Of a stretch of 64,000 bases of DNA, positions 46,684 to 56,775 are shown piece by piece. Numbering within the stretch: the first letter of the stretch is position 1; each line of letters opens with the position of its first letter. Source of the stretch: Caecitellus pseudoparvulus (lineage: Eukaryota > Protista > Bigyra: Bicosoecida); contig CBFFRQ010000039.1 of assembly GCA_965644315.1 (NCBI GenBank), forward strand, positions 1 to 64,000, written 5' to 3'. Both the position numbers and the translations under genes were made by a program. The notes beneath the pieces are model-generated. The model was not told the DNA's origin and made no database searches. It was given only the letters and a program-made list of their open reading frames with translations.

Positions 46684-49096
46684 GGGGGCGGCTGCGCCCT
46701 GCCCGGCAGCTGCCGCTGCTGCAGGGGGGTGTCCATCGGGGTTCAATGCATCCAGCAAAGACTGGAGCCATTCTGGGAGAGTCGGCGAGTCCTGGAGTGC
46801 TGCTTTCAGTGCGCCGGGCTTCATGCTGCCCACCTTGCGAGCTTTGCGCCGGCCTTTGGAGGAGTCTGCACTGACGCCGTTCAGTTGCACGCTGAGCACA
46901 ATGGCGGCCTGGACTTGGTCAAAGGGCGTCCTGTCATTCATATCCTTCGCTGCCAGGAGTGCGGGCCCACCGGCAGCGATGAGCAGCTCCACGCAGCGCC
47001 ACAGCACTCTCCACATCGGCGGGATGCCTTCGACTTGCTGCAAGTCGCGCTCAGCGTCTAGTTGCAAGGAGGTGAAGAGGGAGTGCAGTGCTGTGCCACG
47101 GTACTTGTCTGGGCCCCATGGGGAGTAGCCAGCCTGCAGCAGCTGACCCAGGTGTGCCTCGCGCCGCAGGCTGGCACACGTGTGCACCGGCAGGCACGAC
47201 TTGCGGCGCAGAGACATGTCGGCGACGAGGCGATTCAGCTGAGCTACGCTGCTATCAGGGTGAGGCACCTTGAAGCCGTGGACTTCAACACACGGCCAGG
47301 GCTGCTCCGCCGCGAGGCTTGCGCACAACGCCGCGTGCTGTTCCGCCACGCTTTCCTGCCGCAGGAACTCGTCCAGCAGGTCAGAGCGAATGCCGTCTCC
47401 GTACAGAATCCTGGCCCTCCATGCCGCGACGGGGTCTGGCGTTTCCTCCCGCTCCAGCTCCAGAATGTACTGCATGACGGACTCGAAGCCCTGCTCCACT
47501 GCATGGCACAGGGCTGAATTCCACCCCTCGTCCCGTCCCCAAACGGTGGCACGGGGGACACCGGCGCCCGCAGCGACCTCCTCCTCCGTGCACACTGTGT
47601 CTGTTTGTCGCAAAGCCTGCAGGCACTCCAGCTGGCCAAATTTAGCAGCGGTGGTGAACGGTGTGCGGTTGCGATGCTGCGTGCGGGAGGGGTCGGCTCC
47701 CAGGCTCACGCATGCCGCGACATTGGCTGCATCGGACCTCATGACATGGAAGAACAGCACTGTTTGGCGCGGCCTGCCTGGGATGCCCGCATCAATGCAG
47801 TGCCGCACGAACACCTGGCATTGTTCAGCGGGCGCGGGCAAGGGCATGGGTACAGTCGGGGCTTCCTCATCGGGACTCGGGAAGACGCCACTGCTCCGCA
47901 GAATACGCAGGGGACCAATGGCGTCGGATGCAAAGTCCCACACGTGCGTGGCAAGCTCTGCGAGGTCCGAGGCCCGCTCCTCCCTCAGGCTTATGGATAG
48001 CTGGGATATGTCCAGCAGCCCAAGTCTGCCTGGCCGCCACCAGGCTGGTCGCACGGTACCAGGTGCTGCTGAGCGAGGAGTCAATCCAAGAAAACGTGCG
48101 AGCAGTGCCCCACTGGACGGCATCAAGGCGCTGGAGCTGGTCAGGTTCAGGCCGGCCAGGGACAGCCACTGCAAGTCTGGCGCGGCGGTGAGGATGCAGC
48201 CCAGGTTTGCGCCTGTGGACACGTCAATCTCGCAGTTGACCAACGCAAGGGCCCTGAGTCGAGTGGAGGCGATGGAGGCGGGCTGTGCACATGCGCCGCC
48301 GCCACTGTTGCTGCTTTCGCCCTGCGGTGAGGCGGCCTCTGGCTCAGGTGGGTGTGCAGCGGCGAGCTGGGCATGCAGGACAGCCGGTGGATGGCCTCTG
48401 CACAACCAGGCACAAAGGGGGCAGGGGGCATGCACTGGGTCGCCGTGTCCCTCGGATGGCAGCGCCGGGGGCGGCGCAGGATCGGGGTGGGTTGAGGGGG
48501 CCGCCGGCGGCTGCTCCGTCGGCAACTTGTTGTCAGCCCTGAGAGGGTGCATGTCGCAGTGCCAAAGGGAACGCAGTGCCCCCGAGCTTGGCGCGGCACG
48601 TACTTGGTGGAAAAGGCGTGGTTGGACAAGTACAGCACGGTGTAGCTAGCCGCTGGCTGGTGCAGCGAAGGGGGAGTGGGCATGGCAAAGCACCGGTGCA
48701 CCTGCAGCAGATCAAGCGGCAGGCCGCTGGGAATGTCTTCGTCTCTGGCCCTGCTGTTTAAGAAGCGCAGGCTTCGCAGGTTCCGCAGGGATGGAAGCTT
48801 GCTGGTTGTGCTAGTCCTGGGGTGTGTGCAGGTGCTTGAGTTCAAACGGCAGCGGGGCGAAGGAAGGGTTGGGCTACGACGTACGGCCCAAATACCGCAC
48901 TTGCGAGGCCTTGCGGCGCAGCAGCGAGGTGCGAGCAAGACTGCGCTACAGCCCCAAGGTCATGGCGGGGTAGGAATGCACCGATTCGTGCAGCTACATC
49001 GGGGGAGATCCGGTCCAGCAGGTCTTGGGTGGTGGTGCATGGCGGCCCCGAGGCTTGTGGCAAGTGGGTGCGCGAATCGCCGAGGCTGGCAGCCAT
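46663..49096 (-). CDS. F-box-like + LRR-like + ankyrin repeat protein, 2 introns
   Basis: Exon 1 LLDRISPDVAARIGAFLPRHDLGAVAQSCSHL (F-box-like). LRALALVNC, LQWLSLAG and LGLLDISQ (LRR-like). RTPFTTAAKFGQLECLQAL, WNSALCHAVEQG and GTALHSL..DRTPFD (ankyrin). Two GTACGT introns. Confidence 0.7.
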
Positions 49097-49305
49097 TTGG
49101 AGGGAGGTGAAGTTTCTGAAGAATTAGGGGTTGTCGTTGGGAAGAAGGGGGTTGCTTGGTTTTTTTCATTATGGTGGAATGGGAGTGGCTGTGTCGGGTG
49201 CCACCGGGGGGGTGAGTCAAGGGCAAACATTACCTTGCATTCATCCCGACAGATCACACGCACGCACGCACTCACAGGAAAGTCCAGGGAACTGGGTGAG
49301 CAAAG

Positions 49306-52300
49306 CTAAGTTGCAAAGGCGTCGAGTGCCCCGGGAGCTGGCGCTGATGGGGCCTCGTACTGCGCCGTATCATTAAGAAAGTCGCGGAAAAAGACATCCC
49401 CTGCGTCGTCCTTCACTCGCGTCCAGCCAAGAGGCAGGCCAGCCTTGTCAGCTGGCCAGTAGTCTGCCCCAGGGGCGGAACCAGGAGGGGGCTCCCACAG
49501 CGCCTCCCCCGACTCTGTGTGGAAGAAGTAGGTTTCGCCCGAATCGTCCAGCACCCGCACCCACGGCTGAGGCAGGCCGTCACGCTGCGCCTTGGTGTAC
49601 CCGTGCCCATCCTGCTCGGTGTTGTCCACGTCTACATGCACTGTGCTCTGGGGCTTCGCAGCGCTGGGTTGTGTGGACGGCGCAGGGGGTGGGCGAGGTG
49701 GTGCCCCCGGTGGTGTCTTGACAGCCGGACTGGGCGGGGCAGGTGGCGAAGATGCGGGGGCAGGGGGGGGCGTGGACGGTGGCGGAGCAGGGGCAGGGGC
49801 GGCTGTCGGGGGCGGATTTCCTGGCTTGCCACGAGGCGGCACTTCTGAAGGCGCAGTGGGGGGCGCAGGCGGTGCAGCACTGCTGCCCCCTCCCGCACCA
49901 GCTGCCGCGTGGGCAGGGGGTGGCGCAGGTCCACCTGCTGCTGCGCCACCTGCCGCTGCAGAGGAGGAGGTGCCTGCTGGGCCTTGCCAGGCGGTGTCCA
50001 CGGGGACTGGGGCTTCCTTGCCAGGGACGAGCCAGCCGCCCCGCACCTTGGAGCAGGTGGTCGGCACAGTTTTGATGCGCTGCACGACGGCTTCGAGTTG
50101 CGCCTTGGCTGCCGCGACGTCCTTCCTGCGCTGCTCCACCTTGGCCTGCAGCGTGGCCTTGCCCTTCATGGAGGCCTCGGCAGCGGCCTTGTTCACGGCC
50201 CACTTCTCCGCCGTGCCTTCAGGCAGGTCCGTGAAGGAGCCAGCGTACTTCTTGCAGACTGGGATGCCGTCCCGCATGTAGAACTGCCCGCCTTCGAACT
50301 TGTCCCCCGTGATGAAGCAGCCCACGCAGTCCTGGTGCGCGGGCGAGCCCTGCAAGTTCACAAAGGCGCCGTCGATGGCGTTGCCACAGTAGACGCACTT
50401 GGGCTTGAGGGCGTCCAGGGCAGCCTTGACGACCGGTACCCCTTCGAACTTGAAGATCTGCTGCCCCGACAGGCTGACCCCCGTGGACCAGCACTTCATG
50501 CAGTCCGAGTGCATGGTGAGCTCCATGAGGTTCACCTTGCCGCCCTCGATGGGGTCGCCGCAGTAGTCGCAGCGGGGCGCGAACATCACCTTCATGTGCC
50601 AAGAACAGAGAGGGCCGTGCTCCGTCACCTTGAAGGGGTGCTTCGTCAAGTCACTCGGGCAGAGGGGGTCGCTGCAGCGGCAGCAGGCTGCGTGGCGCTC
50701 TTCCCCCTCTGCGTCTGCGGTCGGCTTCAGCACGATGGGCGCCTCCGTCCCCAGGCTCTCCCCGCACCAGGAGCAGGCCTTGCCGAACTTTGCAGCGTAG
50801 GTGGCGGTCGTGTACACCTTGCCGTCAGGGCCCATGGTGGCCTGGTCCGTGATGCGCTCGCCCGTCTCGCCGTCCACGAGGCAGTGCGCGTGCCAGGAGA
50901 AGCCACACGCCTTGAGCTCGCCCTCTGTGATGATCTCCCCACACCCCTTGCACTTGTTCCCGAACAGCTCCTGGTACGCCTCCCGGGTGTACGGCTTGCC
51001 GTCCTTGACGAGGAACTCCACCTCCCCCAGCGGCGCCCCCGTGTGGGCACACACGAAGTGGTCAGGGTGCCAGCTCTTGCCCAAGGCCAGGAACTCCTCG
51101 CCTGAAATGTACTCGCCGCAGGCAGCGCACTTGTTGGAGAAGCGGGCATTGTAGTCGCTTTCACAGTACGGCAAGCCGTCCATGTCAAAGTACTGCCCGT
51201 CCCCGAAGGCCGACCCGCACACGGTGCACTTGAAGCAGTCAGCGTGCCAGGCAGAGCCACACGCCGTCAGGCCGTCTTCCTTCAGCGGCTCGGTGCACCC
51301 CATGCACTTGGGCAGGAACAGCTCGCAGTAGTGCTCCTCGCAGTACGGTTTGCGCTCCTTGGACGCCGCGTCGACGCCGGCAAAGAAGAGGCTGCCTTCA
51401 AAGGGGCGGTGGCAGTGGAAGCAGTTGAAGCAGGGGCCGTGGTAGTTCCTGCCCAGCGCACTGATGCCCTCCGCGTCCGTCTCGGAGATGGGCAGCTTGC
51501 ACACGGGGCAGGTGAGGAACAGCTTCGTGTTGCAAGTGGAGCAGTACGGCAGGTCGTCCTTCTCAAAGAACTCCGCGTCCACTTCGAAGGGGCTCTCGCA
51601 GTGCCCGCACTTGAAGCAGTCCAAGTGCCACAGCTTGTCGCAGGCCTCGATAGCGGCGTCCCCGCGCTTGAACGGCGCCAGGCAGCCAGCGCAGATGGAG
51701 CGCCCGAACCGCTCCATGTAGTGCGCCTTGCAGAACAGCACGCCCTTGCTCTCGTAATACGGCACGCCAGCCAGCGGCTGGGCGCAGACGGAGCAGGAGA
51801 AGCAGCGCTCGTGGTACTGCCGCCCGTTGGCCTCCATGCCGTCGTCCGACAGCAGGGGCTGGGAGCAGCGGTGGCAGGGGGTGTTGTTGCTGACGCCATC
51901 GGCGTTGCCCTGCGCCGTCAGGTCGTCCCCAGCCTCGCCGGCCGCCGCCCCGCCCTCGCCCTGCCCGCTGCCTGCGCCGCGCAGGCGCTTGGCTGTGCCA
52001 CCCCGCACGTCTGTGTCCGCTGCCTCCGCCGCAGCCCTGCCCGTCGAGTCAGCGAGGATCTCGTCGGAGACAGTGATGGCGGCCTGCGCCTTCTGCACCT
52101 TGCTGCGGACCTGCCGCCGAATGGTCATCTGTGCCTGGGCGCGCTGCATGGAGGACTTGAGGGCCTTGGTCAGCTGCTTCTTGTTGCCGGTCTTGGCGGA
52201 GAAGAAGGAGCCCGCGTTCTGCTTCTGCCGGCGCTCCAGGAAGGCCCCGATGGCGCGTGTGGAGGCCTCTTGCTGCTCCTCCGAGCCAGCGGCGCTGGCC

Positions 52301-54537
52301 GTGACGCCCTTGGCCAGCTCCACGATCTCTTTGAAGGCTTTGCACAGGGCGTTGCCGTTGGAGATGATGTCCTTCGCGGCGCGGCCCTTGGCGAAATCCA
52401 AGGCCGTGGACGTGGCCATGTCCCCCGTGAAGCCGAGGTCCTGCAGCAGCTTCACGGCTCGCTCGGCGAGCTTGGTGTCCTCCGCCTCGCCCTTGTCGTT
52501 CAGGTGCAGGCCGACGCGGGAGCGGTCGACGACCCCCACGGTGTTGGCGTCCTCCACGACGGGCTGCGCTGCGCCGGGGCGCGCCAGCTCGGCTGGAAGC
52601 GGCAGCACGACATCGTGCGCCTCCTCCCGCTCCAGGGCCAGCGCGTCGGTGGAGACACAGGGGCGGTAGAAGATGAAGTCCTCCACGGCACTCAGCAGGG
52701 CCAGCAGCGCCTGCCACTGCTTGGACTCCGCGCTGTCCTTCCACCGCTTGGCTGAGGAGGCCACCTTGGACAGCAAGTTGCCCAGCAGCACGCGCATGAC
52801 GGCCACGGCAGGCGGGCCCCAGCCCACCTGCAGCTCCAGCTGCGCGCACAGCCGGTTGATGGTGCGGGCGATGCTGTCCTTCGTCGTGAAGATGTGCTGC
52901 AGCAGCATGCAGAAGAGGTTCACGGCGTACTTCAGGAAGTCCTTCTGCATGTCTGTGCGGCCCGAGGCGCTGCGGGGGCAGTCGTGCAGGAGCGGCGCCA
53001 GCCAGGAGGGCCAGCCCTTCTGCCGCAGGATCCAGGAGAAGTTCTCCTCACGCTTGACCAGCATGATGTTGAAGTCCTTCACGACGTCGCGGCGCAGGGG
53101 CCACGGTGCGGAGCAGGCGGTGCGCATGATGACGGGCATGGCGGCGGGGTTCTTGATCTCCCGCCCAAAGGGCTCCACCCGGCCCCGCCCATCCGACGGC
53201 CGGCTGATGTCTCCCAGCAGGATCTCCAGGAGGGCCAAGTACACCGGCTCCGCCAGCGCCTCCACGGGCTTGGCAGGGGAGTGCAGGGAGAAGCCTGCCA
53301 GCACAATGCCCTGGAAGCCCCCCAGCTGCTCCAGGTGCGCCTGCTTGGCGGCTGCCTGGCGCAGGCAGACGAGGAGGCTCCACAGGGCGCGCGTGCCCCA
53401 CCCCCGCACAGAGGCGTCCTTCCAGTACAGCGCACAGTGCGAGGCGCCGTCCAGGAGCACCGTCGCGTACTCGCCCTTCTTCTTGCACCAGTACTGCACG
53501 TCATCGGTGTTCTCGGGGGACACCAGCAGCTCCGCGATGAAGCGGGAGGAGTCCACCATCGAGTCAGTCTTGCGGCTGCGGGACATGAGGTCAGCCAGTT
53601 CCTTGTTGCTGTCGTTGGCGTCTGAGATGCGCTTGGCAACGGTGCGCACCATGTCCATGAGAGCCGTGAAGAGGGGCGGCGAGTGCAGGGAGTGACCCAA
53701 CGGCTTCTCACCGTCCCCTACCAGTGCCGCCACGTCCACCTCCTCGCTGGACGTGCCTGTGGATGTCAGAGTGGGCGATCCAGCTGCAGCTTGCCCACCA
53801 CCCTTGAAGAAGGAGAAGAAGGTGCCCGAGCGCCCGCCGCGCTCGGCAGCTGACCCAGACCGCGCCGCTTCATCTGTTGACAGGCCAAAGCGCTTCCCCA
53901 GCACGCTGGCAATGTGGCTGTGCCGGCGCGACACGGCCGCGTCAATGGCTGGGGACGGCACTGCCGCCTTGGCCTTCACTGCAGCCTTCGTGATCATGAG
54001 GGCCTTCACCTCGGACTCAGACAGCGTCGCCTCAGTGAGCGTGCTTGCTGTGCCCGCAAGAAACGCTCCACTCAGCGCCTGCACCAGCTCCTCTGCGCTT
54101 TCCTTGCTCTCGCACCGCCAGCGGTAGTCATACTCTAAACTATGCTCCCAAAAGTGCAGCACTACGTCGTTAGTGTCACTGATGCGCAGCACCTGGTCCA
54201 GGAAAAAGAGCGGGATGCGCCGCTGTGGCGCCGAGTATGACCCAACCTTGAAGTTGTAAATGGCGGTCAGGGACACCACCAGGACCCGCTGCTGGGCCTG
54301 TCCTTTCCGGTTCACCTTCAGTAGGCGCTGGGAAAAGAAGATCTCCTCGTGAATGCTGCCGGGGTCCAGCAAGCAGAAGTACCGGGGAGCATCAGCAGCG
54401 GACCGAATGCGCTTGGCATACGATGCGAAAGACGAGTCCTGGGTGATGCCCAAGTGGTCCTTGCCGCCTTCAGCTAGCTTCACTGTGACCAGACCAGTGG
54501 ACTTGGCGCTGCCTCGAGGAGACAGGGCCGCTGCCAT
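49306..54537 (-). CDS. Multidomain scaffold: PH/myosin-TH1-like + ARM-like + 9 LIM + Pro-rich + 2 WW, intronless
   Basis: KVNRKGQAQQRVLVVSLTAIYNF; nine CxxC..HxxC/H LIM units; LPQPWVRVLDDSGETYFFHTESGEALWEPP and LPLGWTRVKDDAGDVFFRDFLNDTAQYEAP. Confidence 0.88.
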   Translation of the reverse strand: MAAALSPRGSAKSTGLVTVKLAEGGKDHLGITQDSSFASYAKRIRSAADAPRYFCLLDPGSIHEEIFFSQRLLKVNRKGQAQQRVLVVSLTAIYNFKVGSYSAPQRRIPLFFLDQVLRISDTNDVVLHFWEHSLEYDYRWRCESKESAEELVQALSGAFLAGTASTLTEATLSESEVKALMITKAAVKAKAAVPSPAIDAAVSRRHSHIASVLGKRFGLSTDEAARSGSAAERGGRSGTFFSFFKGGGQAAAGSPTLTSTGTSSEEVDVAALVGDGEKPLGHSLHSPPLFTALMDMVRTVAKRISDANDSNKELADLMSRSRKTDSMVDSSRFIAELLVSPENTDDVQYWCKKKGEYATVLLDGASHCALYWKDASVRGWGTRALWSLLVCLRQAAAKQAHLEQLGGFQGIVLAGFSLHSPAKPVEALAEPVYLALLEILLGDISRPSDGRGRVEPFGREIKNPAAMPVIMRTACSAPWPLRRDVVKDFNIMLVKREENFSWILRQKGWPSWLAPLLHDCPRSASGRTDMQKDFLKYAVNLFCMLLQHIFTTKDSIARTINRLCAQLELQVGWGPPAVAVMRVLLGNLLSKVASSAKRWKDSAESKQWQALLALLSAVEDFIFYRPCVSTDALALEREEAHDVVLPLPAELARPGAAQPVVEDANTVGVVDRSRVGLHLNDKGEAEDTKLAERAVKLLQDLGFTGDMATSTALDFAKGRAAKDIISNGNALCKAFKEIVELAKGVTASAAGSEEQQEASTRAIGAFLERRQKQNAGSFFSAKTGNKKQLTKALKSSMQRAQAQMTIRRQVRSKVQKAQAAITVSDEILADSTGRAAAEAADTDVRGGTAKRLRGAGSGQGEGGAAAGEAGDDLTAQGNADGVSNNTPCHRCSQPLLSDDGMEANGRQYHERCFSCSVCAQPLAGVPYYESKGVLFCKAHYMERFGRSICAGCLAPFKRGDAAIEACDKLWHLDCFKCGHCESPFEVDAEFFEKDDLPYCSTCNTKLFLTCPVCKLPISETDAEGISALGRNYHGPCFNCFHCHRPFEGSLFFAGVDAASKERKPYCEEHYCELFLPKCMGCTEPLKEDGLTACGSAWHADCFKCTVCGSAFGDGQYFDMDGLPYCESDYNARFSNKCAACGEYISGEEFLALGKSWHPDHFVCAHTGAPLGEVEFLVKDGKPYTREAYQELFGNKCKGCGEIITEGELKACGFSWHAHCLVDGETGERITDQATMGPDGKVYTTATYAAKFGKACSWCGESLGTEAPIVLKPTADAEGEERHAACCRCSDPLCPSDLTKHPFKVTEHGPLCSWHMKVMFAPRCDYCGDPIEGGKVNLMELTMHSDCMKCWSTGVSLSGQQIFKFEGVPVVKAALDALKPKCVYCGNAIDGAFVNLQGSPAHQDCVGCFITGDKFEGGQFYMRDGIPVCKKYAGSFTDLPEGTAEKWAVNKAAAEASMKGKATLQAKVEQRRKDVAAAKAQLEAVVQRIKTVPTTCSKVRGGWLVPGKEAPVPVDTAWQGPAGTSSSAAAGGAAAGGPAPPPAHAAAGAGGGSSAAPPAPPTAPSEVPPRGKPGNPPPTAAPAPAPPPSTPPPAPASSPPAPPSPAVKTPPGAPPRPPPAPSTQPSAAKPQSTVHVDVDNTEQDGHGYTKAQRDGLPQPWVRVLDDSGETYFFHTESGEALWEPPPGSAPGADYWPADKAGLPLGWTRVKDDAGDVFFRDFLNDTAQYEAPSAPAPGALDAFAT

Positions 54538-54797
54538 GGCGGCTGTGTGCAGTGAAACGCGGGCAGGCACAGGCGAAACGCAGCTGAGCGCTGCCCATGC
54601 ACGCGTGGCCCGTCAGGGAGTCCGCCGTGGGCACGGTCCCCGACTCTAGGGCACAACGCATGCAGTGCCAGTGCATTGCGACGAGTTGCATTTTATGTCG
54701 CGGCCCGGTCGGAGGCAACTGGACAAACCAGCTGCCGGGTTGCAGCAGCACAGCCACTCACCGCACTGCAAGCCAGAAGTCTGAGGGAGTGCTGCGC

Positions 54798-56530
54798 TCA
54801 GGCCCACTCATCGTCGTCCAGGCCCATGGCAATCTCCAGCTCGGACAGCCCGTGCGTTTTCGCCCCTGCTCGGCCTGATGGCGTGTTTGCCGAGTCCACG
54901 TTGCGGTACGGCGGCAGCGGGCAGGTCGGCTTCGAAGGATTCTCCGCAGTTGCCAACGCTGCAGGCTCCTCCGTGCCCGGCAGCGCCGCTCCCGAGACAC
55001 CTGCACTATCTACAGCGCTGGAAGCTCCTTCTGGGTCGCTGCAATCCTCTGGCAAGGCTGCCTGTCCCCCAGGCAGAGCCTGCCACTGCGCCAGCAGCCG
55101 CCGGCCGGCAACCAGCGCCTCCTGCACCTCACGACCTGGGGGGGGCGAGGATGGGTCTCTTTCCACGCCTGTCGCCTGCAGTGCGGCATGTTTGCGGCTT
55201 TCGGTCACTTGTTGGGCCAAGTCTCCCTCCCACCCCGCTGCAATGGCCAGAGCGGCCACTGCCTCGTCCACATCGCCCAACAGCAACACATCACGGTAAT
55301 TCTCCGGGTGGCCGAACAGGAAAGGGTTCACGGCGCCGCCCCAGCCACCCTGGGCGTCTGCTTCTCCCCCTTTTCGCCACACCTGCACAGGCTCGTTGTT
55401 CAGCAGTGCCCGGGGGACGGCTGGCCCTGCCCGTGAGGGGAGGAAGCTCACCGGCTGCACAGAGAGCGACGTGCCCAGCACCAGGACACAGTCGGCGCTC
55501 GCCATGTCCGCCTTGTGCTGTCTGGTGAAGGCCCGTGGCAGGGCCTCTTCGAAGAATGTGATGTCTGGCTTCACGACGCCAGAGCAAGTCTCGCCACTGG
55601 GTGTTGAGGCACTGCAGCGTGGAATGGGGACGGCGGCCTCATCCACTGCACCACAGGAGGACGGGGCTGGAGGCCCAACGGCTGCTCGCATCCACTGCTG
55701 GTCATGCTTTGCGCCACACCTCATGCACTGTGTGTGAGGGGGGTGTGGCGGGGAGTGTGGAGGGTGTGGCGGGGAGTGTGGAGTTGGCGTGAGGTGCCTC
55801 ACCGTGCCGGAAGCCAGCGAGCCATGGCAAGCCACGATGCGCTCTGGAGGGATGCCTGCGAGTGCCTCCAGGCCGTCGATATTCTGGGCGTCGGGGGGGA
55901 GGGGAGTGCTGGAAGGTGGCGGGTGTGTGCAGGGGGTGATGAGGTGCCGCACCTGTGTGTATACCCGCAGCAAGATGCCTTTGGCATGCAAGAGCTTGAT
56001 GAAAGCGTGTGCAATAGAAGGGCTGAGCTGCCCAGGGAACATTTCCTTGACCTGGAAGCGCGAGACGCATGCTTCGTGTTGAGGTGTGCTGCCGCAGCAA
56101 AACGCGCACCGCATCGCACCAGAGAAAAGAACGGAGCAGGGTTTTCCCGAAAGAAGGACAGGGAAAACACATCCTCAGGATTCTCCAGTCCCAGATGGTG
56201 TAGGTTGTCGTAAATGCCAGAGCCAGGCTGCGCAGGAGAACGCCGGCAGGTGTGCTCAAGGGGCACACAAGACGGCTGCGGCGCAACCAATTTCCGCACC
56301 GTGCGAAAGTCCGGCACGCCACAACTGACGCTGATCCCAGCACCGCAGACGACCACGACGCGCTGAAACCGCATGCTGCCTAAGGTCCGACCCAGGTTTT
56401 CCACCGTCGGACCCCCTGCATTGCGCCGCCGGCAGCATGAGCAGGCTGGCGCTGGCTCTGCGGGAAACACTGCCTTGCGCTCCTCCGCAGTCAGCTGCCT
56501 GGGGCCGGCAGCAGAGGGGCCGTTTCCCAT
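54798..56530 (-). CDS. SIRT2: Class I sirtuin (SIRT2/Hst2-like); introns 56228-56299, 56052-56119, 55884-55952, 55728-55802
   Basis: GAGISVSCGVPDFR, YTQNIDGLE, CHGS, CxxC..C..C zinc site, VKPDITFFEE and GTSLSVQP. Confidence 0.9.
55741..55782. repeat. Perfect 21-nt tandem duplication (GGGTGTGGCGGGGAGTGTGGA x2) in sirtuin intron 4
   Basis: Directly visible in the sequence. Confidence 0.9.
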
Positions 56531-56775
56531 GCCAACGATGACCTTGAAAGAAGCTTCATGCGTCAGCGTTGTGTGCGCTAGTGGGTTTGAATTTTTCTCC
56601 CCCGTAGTTTGAGTGTGAGTGGGCAGCGGTGCTGGTGGCTTGGAGTTCCCAGCCCCTCGAAGGGTCCAACGGCAAACGTGCAAGGGTTTAATGCAACTTT
56701 CACCCACATGAGCTGCGCAGGCTGGAGCCTTGGACCCGCCCAGAGGGAAGTCAAGCGGCTGAGTGGTGCCCTGTC

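Noticed and set aside
48560-48900. Apparent frameshifts or pseudogene in the F-box gene
   Set aside because: Resolved by two canonical GTACGT..AG introns.
404-56299. Excess of stop-free 3n introns implying loss of NMD
   Set aside because: About 8 noticed among roughly 40 introns, which is not above expectation for short GC-rich introns.
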